Positions 39,131 through 55,048 of a stretch of 64,000 nt of DNA are shown piece after piece. Each line of letters starts with the position of its first letter. Positions within the stretch are counted from its first letter, which is position 1. The notes beneath the pieces are model-generated. The model did not search any database. It saw nothing but the letters and a program-made list of their open reading frames with translations, and was not told the origin of the DNA. The translations under genes and the position numbers were made by a program. This DNA is from Octopus vulgaris (lineage: Eukaryota), in assembly GCA_951406725.2 (NCBI GenBank), contig OX597833.1, positions 32,860,001 to 32,924,000 of the forward strand. Reading direction: 5' to 3'.

Positions 39131-39277
39131 TAATTATTATCTGAACTAACACTGCTGAGTTCCTGAAGTCGATCCAACGGTAATTGTACCCCGAATGTGG
39201 ATGACACCAGGCAGGCCAAACTGTGCCAGTGCTCCACTAAACACTTCAACACACTAATCGATATATAGCCATTAGAC

Positions 39278-39320
<43 letters not shown>

Positions 39321-39324
<4 letters not shown>

Positions 39325-39803
39325 CGACTGAGGACGTTATTCACCACCAGTATTGCTAGAAGTAAGAGTATTATTTACTGACAAGGAAGGACAACTCCCA
39401 AAGCACCGGGCATAGCAAGATCAAGAGTGATTTCGTGTTTACATTAACGCTCGTCCGTGGCTCACACTAACGCCCTGGGTTAAACTCAACTACTCTCGTC
39501 AGCTTATAAGATCAACGTAGAAATCATACCGTGATTTCTTAAAAGGTAAACGTATAAATTATAAATATAGGTGGCTAATTATTAATAGTAATATTAATAA
39601 TTATAAGCTGACAGGGGTAGTTGAGTTTAACCCAAGGCACTGGTGAGAGCCACTGACAAGCGTTAATGTAAACGTGAAATCACTGGTGATTTGGCTTTCC
39701 CGGTGCTTAGGGAGCACGTCTCCCTTGTCGTACGATATGCAATAGTGGCTATGAGTCGTTTTGACTCATATTTCTGGTGTTGAATAGAGCCCTCAGTCGC
39801 TTT
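39321..39803. repeat. (TA)n-flanked inverted repeat with ~190-bp arms
   Basis: 39321-39509 vs 39601-39803; a CTGACGA..GAAA hammerhead-like spacing on minus but with poor stem I. Confidence 0.8.
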
Positions 39804-41191
39804 TGTGACGTATATATCTTTTGTCTTTCAGTTGAAAAATTGCTAAAAAGTCACCCTTGTGATATACAAAAGCAAACACATAATGCAAAAAACTGAACGA
39901 TGGGATTACCAGGTACGTCAGCTAGCATATATATACTTATCCCTTGGTTCAGTTTTTTGCATTATGTGTTTGCTTTTGTTCTGGTCAAGGTGTTTTTTGT
40001 TCTTGTATGTTGAGTTGGTACCTCAGTGTAATTTATATCTTTTTTGTATTGAGTTTGTAATTTATTTCTTCTTTGTTATGTGAAGTTTGTATGCTACGTG
40101 TTTTCACGTTTATGAAGGCTTCTATCATGGTAGAGTTGCTCTCGTTTATACTTATCCTTGTTTTTAGGGGGGTCTCCTTAAAAGCATTTGAGTGTAAAAT
40201 ATTGCTTGTGTATGCAGGGCGAGGTCTGTTGAATGTATAATATTTAATTTTTCAGTAATTCAGAGTTCCCATTTGGTACCACGTCATCTGTATTTTTTGG
40301 CTTTAGCAATAATATTCCATTCTATTCGGGGGTTGCTTATTCCACCTTCTTTCAATGACCATTTTTATATTTGATCCGGTTTGTTTTTGTCTCTGAATGA
40401 CGCAAGGTGTTGCGTATACCATTCTTTGAACGAGTTTCCTGTCATTCTGATATACGTCTTTCGTATTCCTTTAGAGTCCGTGATCATGGATTTGTATACG
40501 AGTTCTTTCTCTAGACAGCTGTTGTTTACAGGGCAGCAGTTTAAGAATCTGAAGTTGCACTGTCTTTCTGGAGTATTTCTGGTATGTTTATGTTTATTGG
40601 GATTAAGTATTATTGACCCTACATTGGGGGAAGCAACGATAACTAACTTTAACAGTGTTTCTGTTGAAGATTTTGTGGTATTTGTGTGAATGTGGAAAGT
40701 GGTTGTCTATCGGTTTAAGAATTTCGTAGCTATATTACTAGCTACAAATAGCACACAACTTCACATAAGAAGAAAGAAATAATTCGCAAACTCTACACAA
40801 AGAAGAAATAAGTTCCAGTGATGTACAACCTCAACATACATATACAAATACACCATGTTTAGGACAAAAGTAAACAAATAATACAAAAAAATCTTTTAAA
40901 TTACCGAAAAGATAAATCCAAGGGAAGCAATCTAAATAAATGCCTTTTAGAGTAACGTCTCTTGATTCATTGCTTCATTGTTTCATTTACGCGAATTTAC
41001 GAGAAATCCCGCGAACGAAACGAAACTGTTTTCCAAAATGGAGGCGAACACTTTTCTCCATGTGATTGGCTTGAAAAATTGTTAAGATACTAGGATATTT
41101 TCCTATTCGTCTTAACATGAAACCAATGGTAGCCTTGATTCACAAATTAGAAAAATTATATATATATTTCCCATTTGGTACCACGTCATCT

Positions 41192-41555
41192 GGAGTGGCT
41201 GTGTGGTAAGTAGCTTGCTAACCAACCACACGGTTGCGGGTTCAGTCCCACTGCGTGGCATCTTGGGCAAGTGTCTTCTGCTATAGCCCCGGGCCGACCA
41301 ATGCCTTGTGAGTGGATTTGGTAGACGGAAACTGAAAGAAGCCTGTCGTATATATGTATATATATGTATATGTGTGTGTGTGTTTGTGTGTCTGTGTTTG
41401 TCCCCCTAGCATTGCTTGACAACCGATGCTGGTGTGTTTACGTCCCCGTCACTTAGCGGTTCGGCAAAAAGAGACCGATAGAATAAGTACTAAAAGGTGG
41501 TGCTCCAGCATGGCCGCAGTCAAATGACTGAAACAAGTAAAAGTGTAAAAGAGTA
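41192..41555 (+). mobile_element. SINE family A
   Basis: Near-identical to 13256-13660. Confidence 0.85.
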
Positions 41556-41569
41556 AATTTAAATACATG

Positions 41570-41653
<84 letters not shown>

Positions 41654-41704
41654 CATGTATTTAAATATATATATAATTTTTCTAATTTGTGAATTTTAGA
41701 TTGA

Positions 41705-41903
41705 TTTAGATTGATCCTCCCAGAGATAACTTAGCAACTAACATTATGTTGTGACTACAGAATCAGGAGTCTGTTCTGAATAAGAGTAAGCTCAAGAAGA
41801 GATATGCGTGAATCATCGACGGTAGAATTAGCAGCAAGCTAACGAACTAAGAAGTTGGGTGTTTCTGAGGACGACCTAGAACATCTGACAACATCATAGG
41901 TGG

Positions 41904-41954
<51 letters not shown>

Positions 41955-42087
41955 ATCAGCAACAATTTAGATTCAAATGAATATGGTACTTAATTTAGAT
42001 GAACCAGAATTTTGTATGGTGTTACCCATAAAATTTGCGGGGTAACTATAATCAAAAAATTATAATCAAAAATAATTGTTTCGCACT

Positions 42088-42132
<45 letters not shown>

Positions 42133-42288
42133 TGTAGTGCGAAACAATTGTACCAAATTACCGGAGTCATTCTTGTTGCTTATTTTTGATTATAGTTATC
42201 CGCAAATTTTATGGGTAACACCATACAAAATTCTGGTGCATCTAAATTAAGTACCATATTCATTTGAATCTAAATTGTTGCTGATCTG

Positions 42289-42341
<53 letters not shown>

Positions 42342-42541
42342 CCACCTATGATGTTGTCAGATGTTCTAGGTCGTCCTCAGAAACACCCAACTTCTTAGTT
42401 CGTTAGCTTGCTGCTAATTCTACCGTCGATGATTCACGCATATCTCTTCTTGAGCTTACTCTTATTCAGAACAGACTCCTGATTCTGTAGTCACAACATA
42501 ATGTTAGTTGCTAAGTTATCTCTGGGAGGGATCAATCTAAA
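41705..42541. repeat. Near-perfect large palindrome with ~355-bp arms
   Basis: 41705-42058 vs 42182-42541, each arm containing a (TA)n run; inner mini-palindrome 42075-42149. Confidence 0.9.
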
Positions 42542-43479
42542 CAGCTGGTCCTGACAATATTCCCGTGGTTGTCTTCTGACTGTTGTTACAATTCGCATCA
42601 TCCGATTTATGGATAAATCAGGAGTGACATATCCAAAGCATTTAGGGAGGTTTGGCATACTGGTTTGCTTCATAAATTCTCAACCCTTGGTGAGTGTGGA
42701 AAGGTCTTTGTCGTCTTCAGGTCATTTATTCCTTTCTGATCATTGCGTGCATGTAACTATTCAATCAATGCCAGTGTTCCTCAAACTCTATTCTTGGTCC
42801 CACTCTGTTTCTCGTCTTCATCAAGGACTTTCCTGCTAATGCTTTCCAATTCATCATTGTTTATGCTGATAATTCTACTCTTTATTCTACTCTTTTTTTC
42901 TGGCATTCCTTCACCCTTGACACGGTTAGAATTTGGTGCTAAACTTGGCTGGATTTAAATAAAATATTTATTGGATTATAAAATAATACTTCTGTGTTGG
43001 TCGAAGGAGTTACACCGGGTGGGGATTTCCAGTGTTGTTATTAGTCATAATTAACGGAAATTTGTGACTTCTAAGATAGTCCCAATGATTACAAAGGAAG
43101 TTTTTGTTAAACACTAAGGATGCTATTTAATGTTTGTACGGCATTGTGTATACGTATGGGCTATATAAAGGAATAATAGACAGAGTTGAAGAGTACATAA
43201 AAATCATTAAAATCAATAGGAATTATAACGTGTAAGTGGGTCGGTAGTCTAACTTTCAAGTGAATTTATTATATAAGATTAATTCCCTAGTGTACTACGT
43301 AGATTAAAATAGATAGTTCGATTATTCGGGGTAATTAGTTTTAAAATGTGAAGTGAAGTTATGTTCTAAGGTAAGGGGAGTGTTTAGGGGAGGTAATGAG
43401 ATGTTAGGCAGGTCCGCTAATTACCTGTAATGTAGGGATAAGCGATATTTAAAGAATAAGTTGGGCTTAGTGATATTTC

Positions 43480-45340
43480 GAGAATAAGAATTTATCTTTG
43501 TGCAAACAAATTTTATTTTTCTCATCTCGTTTATTAAGTAATTCTGATTTGGCCATTAAAATGAAGAATTTATCGTTTATACATAAATTACATCGATTAT
43601 TATTAATGTTATATGAAGAAGTTTTGGCTAGGATACGCCATTCTAATCTATAGTTAATGTTATTGTCTTTCAGTTCTCAGATGTAACTACTTAGTCCGGT
43701 AGAGTTCGCTTTACTTCTATTTCTCAAATTTGAGCGATGGAAATTATATCTAAGTTTCATTTCATTTTTAGTTGCTCCAATATACGTTTTCTTGTAATTA
43801 TTTGCGAGTACATCACATTGGTAGATTACGTTTTTAGTTTTACATATATTTGAGAATTCACAAGTATTTTTATCTCTGCAGCCACATAAATTATGAAGCT
43901 TGTCTGTACCTATGATATGTTGAGGGGGTATTATTTATAAGGTAGTTGTATGCATTATGCATTATTTAGGGAGCTCATTTATTATATCAGATGATTGGTT
44001 GTTGTGCTTTATATTGCTATTCTACCTAGCTTCATAGAAGGTGTCTAGCTTTTTATTGTTGACAGAAGCTATAATAGTAGGTAGGTTGCTGGTTAAGCTA
44101 TGGCCTACTTTAATTTTATTGCTAAAGATTTCTGAGTATTTGATATTCATATTAAAGTGTTTATTTATAAGTCTCATTATAGATTTAACTATGTTGGCTT
44201 TAAGCTGCATCACGAAGGGGATTATTAGCCAGATGTTATCCTTATTCCGTTTGTTATTTCTAATATTATTCTTTTTGGTGTAGAAACTGTCCTCAGTATT
44301 ATTGTAGATCGTAAAGTTATGGTTATACTTATTATTATTATTATTCTTTGTATTGTTATTTTTATTATTATTACTATCAGATTTATTGGGGTTGCTTCCG
44401 TACGATTTATTTATTTAATATATCTCGCTATTATCATTTCTAGCAGGAGCTCTATTGGTTCTTTGAGGTGCGTTACTTTTATTTATATTTTTATTATTAT
44501 TGATATTATTATTTTTAGTATTGTTATTCTTCCCATTATTAGTATTTCTATCGTTATCATTTTTAATGTTATTATTCATATTATTCTCAATTTTATCAAT
44601 CTTCCTACTATTTTTGTTATTACTACTGTTATTCCTATTAATGCTGTTCGTATTGTATTTTGTGGTTATTATAGTCATTTCGGGAATAATTCCTATTATC
44701 ATAATAGTTTTGAACATTTATGTTATTCAGATCATTTTTATAGGTTTCTGAGTAAAGTTATTCAATTTTTTGCGTATAACCTGCTCTTTCTAATGTGCTG
44801 TTGTGGAATTCCTTATACTTATTAAAGATCTTTTTGTTAGAAGACAGATGTGAGATTCTTTTGCTGAAGCCTTGTACAAATCCTCTTTTTATAAAGTTAG
44901 GGTGGTTGCTAAGTATATTTATATATTTAAGGTTTGTATTCGGTTTTGTGTAGAGTTCGTGTAGTCCCATGGTTAGGTTGCAGTTAGCATCTAAGTAGTT
45001 AATAGAATTATGCTCATTTTCTTTTGTAGTGGTTAAGTCAAAACGTTTAAAAAACTTAAATAGTTTTTCTTTAGTAGTTCTAGTCTCCTATTTGAGATGT
45101 TCTTCAGGATAAATAATGCATCGTCTCTGTAGAAGCCTCTTCTGATCTCTGGAAATTCTTCCTGCAAATGTGATAAGTAAATGTCTATTAAGCCGGTTAC
45201 CTGTGCTGAATTAGGGGCTCCCATAGTGATGTCGAAGTTTTTCGGGGTATCTTTCCTTACCCATAGTTTGTTACCGTAATTTATTATGGATTTTCTCGCT
45301 TCTAAGATTATATATATATCCTCCTTCACTCCACATAAAC
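43480..45340 (-). mobile_element. Penelope-like element fragment (RT C-terminal half + GIY-YIG)
   Basis: FDITMGAPNSAQV..GFYRDDAL (RT), YTKPNTNLKYINILSNHP, KNVIYQCDV..KTYIGAT (GIY-YIG); frameshifted. Confidence 0.85.
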
Positions 45341-45399
45341 TCACACATGAGCATGCATGAAATGACCAAGTACAAACATTTTTCTGTCGAGAAAGTTTA

Positions 45400-46200
45400 T
45401 TGGAACTCTAAAATCGTTTCTGGACTAGTTGAGGGAGAAGGAAGGTGTAGTAACTATAGCAGACTGACATATACTGATAAACAGACATGTGAGAAAATAA
45501 CAGCATTTCTGTTTCGAAGTAGTTATTCATTTCCACGATCAAGCTGCTGGAAATAGGCATTGTTGTTCCTTCCATTTCCAGTAGGTCGTAATGGAGAATG
45601 TCTTTCATATTCCACCAAACACAAAGCAAGGATATTTGTGTATGGAGTTCTGTGTGTGTTGTAGGCATTGGCCTCTTATTACGTGATAACCATTGTCTTT
45701 CTCGTTTTCTATTGTGATACAAGACCTATTTTCATCATGTGTAACAAATGCTGCAGAAATGACAGGTTGTTATTCCTGGTTAGAAGATTAGAGCTCATGT
45801 CGATTTCAAACTCTCTCTTTGCGTATTTTCCCAATTTGCTTAAGTTTTTCGTGGCTAGTTGAATATGACATTCAATTTTTGCGCCAAATTTCTGGTGCGT
45901 TCACATAGATTCTAAACAATAGTCTCATTCAAAAGGTTGGCATTCAGAGTGGGTCGCCTTCCAAAGTGAGGCTTGTCGGATATATCCCAATCGCCATCTT
46001 AAAACATTTTAAACCACAACTGACATATACTAGCTTTCACTGCATCCGGATACACTTCACTAATGCTTTTTATTGCTTTTGTAGCGGTACTTTTCTTTCG
46101 AAACTCATACAGTATGCAATGGTGAATATGTTTTTTCATGATGTTCTTATCCCCCACGAGGTTAATTACAGAAATAACTATGAATTACACACTGTCAGAT
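45400..46200 (-). mobile_element. Decayed mariner
   Basis: LCVWWNMKDILHYDLLE transposase motif. Confidence 0.65.
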
Positions 46201-46375
46201 GGATGAGACAACATACTGTTTCTAGACAGTTCTCGCCCATTCGACCTTGGGTCTGACGTGATTGGTAGCTTCATATTTCATAGTAGTGAAAAGACGAAAT
46301 TACTTACCGAACACTCTAATATATATACGTGTGCACGTGCATATGTGTATGTGTATATGATTGTGTAGTCACATA

Positions 46376-46421
<46 letters not shown>

Positions 46422-46579
46422 TGTGTTCACATATATATGGGTGTCTGTATATATATACATATATGAGTGTATGTTTGCGTAAGTTTCTGTTTGTGTGTAT
46501 GTCAGTTTCTGTATTTATGTATGTATGTATGTATGTATGTATGTATGTATGTATGTATGTATGTATGTATGTATATATG

Positions 46580-46652
<73 letters not shown>

Positions 46653-47343
46653 ATATATATATAAATTTTTGTTCTTGGTTTTTAATAAGAAATACCAAAC
46701 ATCCAACCATCACCTTAAAAAGCTTTCAAAAGGCTACAAACTCCCAATATTTCACATTTAACTATATGGAAAGTGGGGAAGCATATTGGATTTTCTGGTG
46801 GTGGTCTGGTATTTTTTACGTCGACTATTTCAGTACAATTCTACGCATGCATGAAGCATCAGAGAAAGTGAAACACTGGTAAGTTTTAGCGTTTGAAAAA
46901 CGGGTAAGGGGCATTGAGAAAAAAACTTTTAAAACATATATATTTCCCAGATTCGTAATCTCTATTTTTCTACGTGAATAAAAGAAAATCAAAAAAGAAG
47001 TTGCAAATTAAGAAATTGCGGTGGGGACAGGGTGAGGACGGATGGGGGAATTAAAATTTTGAAAATGTGATTTCTGGGCAAAAGCGTAATAACCCACTTT
47101 TACACGATGAAACAATACATAATTTGGGATCCTTCTTAAGAACAGAAAGCACGTTAATGCAAATCCATGTAAATTGTACCCTCCCCATCTTCAGTTTTCA
47201 GCAAACAATAACTTCCATTACGTCATTATATCTCAGCTGTGTCGATTCTGCCCATAAGAAAGGAACAAATAATACAATATGGCTGTAGGTCATAACACCC
47301 AGGTGACACCGGGATGCATTACTAGTGTTTATATATATATATA

Positions 47344-47452
<109 letters not shown>

Positions 47453-47458
47453 ATGCAG

Positions 47459-47537
<79 letters not shown>

Positions 47538-47819
47538 CATCTATGTATTATGTGTATACACACACGTACAAACACACACGCACTTATATATAGATCGTAA
47601 GTACACTAGGACATGTGTATGCCTCCGCTCACACATGTGTGCGTCGATAGACACAATAATCATAAGCATGATTTGTAGCAACAAGTACATGTAGGCATGG
47701 GATTCATGTGTGCGTGCATTTGTATTTATGTGTGTGCGTGCTTTTGTATTTATGTGTGTGTGTGTGCATGTGTGTATATATATGTGTGTGTGTGTGTGAT
47801 TTCATCGATAGGGATGTTG

Positions 47820-48321
47820 ATGGACTCAGTATTTTAGGATGTAAATAAAATTGTGCCTTCAAAAGGACCACCCCATCTATAGAGAGTACTATGCCAAATT
47901 GCCGTGGTAGTAATGAATGACTATCAAGACCAAACGTCCAAGAAAACTGACGAAAAGGGTCTTGTTTGATCAAGACAATGTTCCAGCGCAAACGTCTTTT
48001 GTTTCAGTGACTTTCAACAGGTTGATCAGCTTCCCTGTTCTCCTCATTTGGTCCAATCTGCCTATCATCTGTCTCCGAAGAGAAAAAAAAAACACTTTTT
48101 AAAAAATCACTCGGTTGCAGCATTGATGACGTCATATCTGCTGTAGATGACGTTTTTGATCAACAGAATGAAAGTTTCTTCGCCAACGGGATCCAACCCT
48201 GCAACCCCGTTGGAAGATGTATGAGGATCGCAAGGGTGACCGTTTCGAAAAATAAGTCTCATTTGCTTACATTCCTGAGAGTATCTTCGTCAGCCTATGA
48301 AATTTTCAGTCGCCCCTCTTA
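47820..48321 (+). mobile_element. Decayed mariner, 3' portion
   Basis: KRPRKLTKRVLFDQDNVPA; ends in TIR-like cagcctatgaaattttcagtcgcccctct-TA. Confidence 0.65.
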
Positions 48322-50020
48322 GTTCTATAGCAGTGGGGGTGCGGGAGCTGATTGAACAATACGTTAGATTTTTGTTTTGAGATGAGTTCTTGAAGTTACT
48401 GTAATGTGTAAGTTGTCATAAAATACGGTGACTAATTTTAAATTTTGCATACTAACTAGTATTAGTATGTTTCAGTGATTGCATAGAAGTTCGCCAGTGA
48501 GAACGACTGCATCATCGGTCAATAGTAGTCAAATCACCTTCAAATTTCACGCTACAGTCTGAAAAACGAAATACATATTGGAAATCTTAGTCCTGCGTAT
48601 TCCATTTCAGTAAAACGGAATTAGGCTAAACAACAAACGAAGCGATAAATTCTTTCTCTGAATTTAGTTTACGATGCGAGTGAATATTGGTCAAGAATAA
48701 TTGCTAATATGGAGACAAGAGACTGAGGATTTGCATTTATGAAATGGTGTCAAAGTATATGGGAGTGATTACTCAGTTGTAAATGTGATGGGAATCTGAT
48801 ATATGAGACATGTTTATCGATTAATTGAATGTAAGTTTTTATTCTTTTGCATAATACTATGTTCTTATAGTTTCTGAACTGAGGATTAAACTTCTAATTA
48901 TGTTCCAAATTCAATTTCCAAATACACCTAAGTAAACCACAATATGTCTTTGGTTTATGCTTTCGAAGAAAGTATTTTTAATGAATTCTGAGCATGAACT
49001 AGTACTCACAGATGCACACACACACTCAAACAAAGAAGCAAACACACATACATACATATGTATAGATACACAGATACACATATATACATACACACATATT
49101 TGTGTGTGTGTATATGTGTGCGTGGGTTTTTAGCGTGTTTGAATGTGTATGCATGTGTGTGTTTGTAATCAACAGATGAAATCCAGAGATTCTCAGAGTA
49201 GACACCTTATGGCACTCAAATGGTACAAACTTTAGTTTGACTACGATGGCTTTTCGCAGAACCAATGCCGTAAACCTTTCAAATTATAACACTTTTTTAC
49301 TTCTTCCGTCTTAATTTTGTAAGTCTGATATATTAATATAAATATCTAAATATCTATACTTAATTATTCATCGCCTGGAAGTCTTTAGTCTTTCCTTCCT
49401 CGCATTTTGCATTTATTCATAGATGCATATTTTGTATATCAAACCCAAGCTTTAATATTTAAGTTATTTATGCACATAACTGCGATCATATATATATATG
49501 GCATGAAAACCTCTAGAGCATTAGTAGTCTCTGTTCCCCTACCCCTCTAACTTCAACCTACTGGCTTTTTGCTATAATACATTCAAACATATCTAAACTG
49601 AATTCCTCAAAATGAGGATGGGCTTATGGTTTTGACATTTGTACTACCCCTTCCTATATCTATAAATATAAAAAATTCTTGTTTGTCTCCATTCAACCTA
49701 GAATAAAACCCTCTCCCCACTGATAGACATAAATAACAAATTGAACTCAATGATAAAATCGACAGACGGAGAGTGAACATACTACTATCACATTTTTAAA
49801 ATGAAATCAACCTCTCTCTATATATATCTACCCTCTTTATAATGTTGGCAAATGAAATAGAGATAAGAATGTGCATTGTTCGTTTAATTGGAAAATTCTA
49901 TAAGTGGCTGAAGATTGCTCGACATTTTAAAACTGATGTAATACTTACAGTGTTTAATGAAATGAAGTAGCATGAAACAATTGTACTACCCTACCTTGGA
50001 TATCCTTGTTGCTTATTTTG

Positions 50021-50350
<330 letters not shown>

Positions 50351-50351
50351 G

Positions 50352-50390
<39 letters not shown>

Positions 50391-50440
50391 TGATTGATTC
50401 CAGTTTCAGCTTATGAGCTGTGGCCATGCTGGGGCACCGC

Positions 50441-50485
<45 letters not shown>

Positions 50486-50697
50486 TATATATTAATAATA
50501 ATATGGAATACAGAGATTTATATATCCAGTTTTATTCTGCTGTCAGTCACGTCTTTTCAATTCTGCACCTACATATGCTTCCATTGAGAAGCTTAGCCAG
50601 TATTTTTAAGTGGTGAAAGTGAATGCGGTAGCCGCTAGGATTACATATCCCAATCAAATTAATTTGGAAATTTACATCTATGTGTGTGTGTGTGGGA

Positions 50698-50744
<47 letters not shown>

Positions 50745-50843
50745 TTTGTGTGCGTGCGCGTGTGTGCTATGTGTGTGTATATGTATTCATATATATGTAT
50801 GTATAAACAAGAATGAAAACAATATCAGGATTTTGTTTACATA

Positions 50844-50849
50844 TTTATT
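50844..50849 (-). terminator. Candidate polyadenylation signal AATAAA of the host gene
   Basis: ~85 nt downstream of the stop codon. Confidence 0.4.
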
Positions 50850-50932
50850 CGGCAGATTCTTCAAATATATTTTCAGTAATAAATACAAATATTAACATAC
50901 ATGCTTATGTGTATATGACTTAACATTTCTAC

Positions 50933-53900
50933 TTAGAATATAGGCGCGCTTGTTGGTTTCAATTGCTCCAGGCGTTTGTGGATATCGTTGACCAATGTAG
51001 TCCAGGTGGAACCCAATAAAGCTGCCCAAGGTTTGAAGAATTCCAAAGCTTGCTGTGCAACTCTAGCGTTGACGTCGTTGATGTGGGCGATAAACTGAAA
51101 GTATAAAAAATATGCAATTTCATAAGTATATTCACAGTTGTAAAAGGTAATCTCAAACAAGATATTTCTTCCTCTCTTGCTTTTATGCTTTTATGACAGT
51201 CAATTCCATCGGAGAAAGTCATTTAAGATATCTTGTTTGCTTTTGGCAAAACAATGTCTGAGAATCAGCAGTATATCTTATCAAAGCTATAGAAGCTTAT
51301 TACTGGGACTTATTTCATCATTCCCAATCTGTAGTTAGGAGAATATATAATCCGAAATTCAGATCTATATGATACATTCTTCTATTTAACATCACAGTAC
51401 GAAAATTAGACGCAAATTTGAATTATGTAAATTATAATCAAATATCATTCTTATTTAGACCCAAAGAAATTAATAAAGATGGCGATTATTCACTTCCATT
51501 GACACTAGTTGGATATTTCTCGTACGAAGTCTTAAGAGAAATAAATAACTTTACGTCGTGTGTAATTTCTCATTTAATTTTAATTTCATTTCATTAAGAG
51601 AGTTGGCTATATAAATAGTCAGACAAAAACATTATTACAAAATAGATTTTCAGTACATTTGTAAAACTTCCATATTTCAAAAAACGATAACTTACAGTCT
51701 TAGCCAAAGTCTTGATATTTTCTATGTGAGGTTTCAGCTTGTCTTTTCCATTGGAAATAGCTTGGTGCAAGAAATCGTGCAAATCATGGAACTTTCCGTG
51801 AAGGTGGCCGACAATACGACGAAGTGTGTCATTGATTTTATCGAAGATATCGATCAAGTCACGTTTTTGGTGAACGTCGTAGCTGACCTGCATAAATGAA
51901 AGGAATTAGTTAAAATGTTACAGCAAGTTATAGGCGTCGGCATGGCTCTGTTTTTAAGAAGCTGCTTTGCTATCGTTATTATATGTACCAGACTTGAAAG
52001 AATACTAGGGTTGATTCGTTCGATTAAAATTCGTTCAAAATTGTGCCCCAGTATGGCCGTAGTCAAACGACTGAATCAAGTAAGTGATAAAAGACAAAAG
52101 GATTATTTGATCAATATTGTAATTATGGGTTCAATAACGAAAACTTAAATTGAATGTCAAAAATTTTGATGTTTCCATTTTCAAAAGTGACCACATCCAT
52201 ATTGCTGTCATTAGTTGATCCCACGTCAGCTCTGTTGTACCGACATGTAATGAGAATTGTTTCAGCCGAGTCCATAACGACTTCTCCTTGATACAAGATA
52301 TACAATGTTATGTCAGTATTTGATTTGGCACAGATTTGGCTTCTACCGACAGTAGAGGTGGTACTAACTAGTCACTCGTTTGCTTATCTTATATTCAACA
52401 TATGATTAATGTAAAGAGGAACACAGGTAAAATAAAATACTAATACGATGAAAACAATTACCAGCAACATTTCGGAAGAACTACATCCATGAGATTACAC
52501 TTCTCTTCGTGGATAAGCATTCATTATGTTCTGATTCGTTATTGACTCATTCTAACAAAACGAGAAACACTGCTGCTTCCTAATTCTCAGATTGTCTATC
52601 TAGCGATTCATATTACGTGATCAAAACAATGGACATACTCTCATAACATTCAAAGGATATTGACGATGTAGCTATCACATGCTGCACGCTTTCATGTGTT
52701 ATGAACAAATGCTTGAATATGAAGAAATCATCTTAACAAAAATATAATTGGATCAATAGCCAAATAGTCAATAGTAAATTATGAGGCTTTGCAAAAGCCG
52801 TATTGTAAGCATTATACATACGACGTGGGCAAAAACAAGGCTATAAACATTTCCCATCAAAAGTTAACGAAAATCTGTTAACGATTTGTTACTTACAGTT
52901 GCCAAAGCCTTTTCAAAGATGCTTTCAAACATTTGTTCGATATCAGTAATAAAATGCCCGCTCTCTGTAAATGACAATATATATATACACATATATATGT
53001 ATTAAAGTAAATAATTTTCAATGTGTAGATGTAATTATGTGCGTCTCTATTTTGTATGTGTGTGTGCGTGTGTGTAAAATGACATGCATATATTTACAAA
53101 ATATGGAAAATAGTGCAGTCGATAAAATGGTTTCAACCTAGGCAAGTGCTGCTCGAACAATCCTATGGTCAGACATTTCCTCTGTAATCATCTCGTGTGG
53201 TTGTATACTAATTCTGTGCAATGTGTCAGTCTCCCTCACGTCATTGCCTGTATCATTTGAGGAGATTGGTACAATGACTAGCTACAACCTCCTACGAAAG
53301 ATCTTTTTCTTCAACAAAAGGCAAATCCAGATAGCAAAAAGAAAAAAAGAAAATGAAAAATACAAACAAATCAAAATTCCTTACTTTCCATGGCATCAAT
53401 ATCTGCCATCAATTCATGGATGAATTTCTTGGTAACTTCGGGGCCCTTTTCAATACCATCTGCAATCTTCTGGGCTGACACACGAAGGTTTTCATAAACC
53501 TTCTGGGCAAACTACAGAAATGATATATGTGTATATTATCCAACAGAAAGAAAATCCTCAAAAAAGTACTCCAGGGAAGATAAATATCAATTTAAATACA
53601 ATACTGGAAGAACTACAAATATTTTTATGTTATTGTGATACTTGAATAGGCATAGTTATAAAATACGCCATGTATCCCTCAGACGCTGCTTATTGGTTAA
53701 ATATATATATATTTTTTTAAACAAGCACACTGGACAATAAGAAAATAAGAAAAAAAAAACGTGAAAAAAACCACGAAGAATTTGGTGAAAAAAATGGAAC
53801 GGCGAAAAAGAAATGAAACAAGAAAACTAAGATCCTAGTCCTCCTTCATTGCCGAAATCTCATTAAATACAACTGGTTCAGAAAAAGAAAATTTCAGAAA

Positions 53901-54191
53901 ACGTGCACAAGTCTGTGAGAGAGTAATTCAATCCGGAGCGCGTGGTGTCCACCAATTCGCTAAAAGTTTTCTTGATAACGTTTCTCCTTTCTCGTTCCAT
54001 TATTTGCACACATTTTCTTCACTTTCTTCCACTTTTTTCTAATGTACTTTAATATACTTACTTTGGTCTTGAGGTCAGCGAGACTGTGAACATGAGAGAT
54101 AACGGTGGTCACTTCTTCGCGGAGGGCTTCACCAAATTTGGCTGCTAGTTTCTGGATCAAACTGTATAAATGATATATGTCTGCATGTATG

Positions 54192-54272
<81 letters not shown>

Positions 54273-54503
54273 CCTTTAACAAGTAATTTTTACACGCTAC
54301 AAGAAGCAGTCAAACTGACTGGTAGTTTTCTCTTGTGCTTAAATTTACACTATTTGATATTGTGAATATGTTGTCTATTGACTATTTATACATGCTAGGC
54401 TACTGGTGGTGATATTTATACATATATATATATATATACGGCGGTGCATCAGCATGGTCACAGCTCCGTGCTGAAACTAGAGAGAAATATTATATATACA
54501 CAC

Positions 54504-54561
<58 letters not shown>

Positions 54562-54788
54562 ATGTGTGTTTGTGTGTCTTTGAGTCAGCATTTCTTCCCA
54601 CATCACCTCTTGATAACCGGTGTTGGTGTGCTTATGTCCCCGTAACTTAGTGGTTTGACCAAATAGACCAGTAGAATAAGTACTAGGCCCCAAAAAAGTC
54701 CTGGGGTAAATTTGTTTAACTAAAACACTTCAAGGCAGTACTCCAGCACGGCAGCAGTCAAGTCCTAGTAAGATGTAAAAGTATAAAA

Positions 54789-54823
<35 letters not shown>

Positions 54824-55007
54824 TAGATAGATCGTTAGCTACTGCACACATTTTTTTCTATCCTTGTTTTGTCTGTGTCCCTTCCTGTAGAAGAGCGTAC
54901 GCTCAAAACGATAAAGGCTTTTTATGTTCCTGAGCGTTATACTAATACAACTGTTTGTTTTGTACACCACCTGTCTTCGTCTTTTGTTTTTTTTCGCAAA
55001 CTCTCCC

Positions 55008-55048
<41 letters not shown>

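Larger units (their letters stand above)
38200..41165 (-). mobile_element. Penelope-like remnant with GIY-YIG and repeated terminal segments
   Basis: Minus 40190-40560: CPVNNSCLEKELVYKS..KTYIRMTGNSFKEWYTQH..IEWNII; 38200-38560 is an inverted homolog of 40780-41165. Confidence 0.7.

Noticed and set aside
44319-44825. Hydrophobic membrane-protein-like ORF
   Set aside because: Antisense to the Asn-rich linker between RT and GIY-YIG of the Penelope-like fragment.
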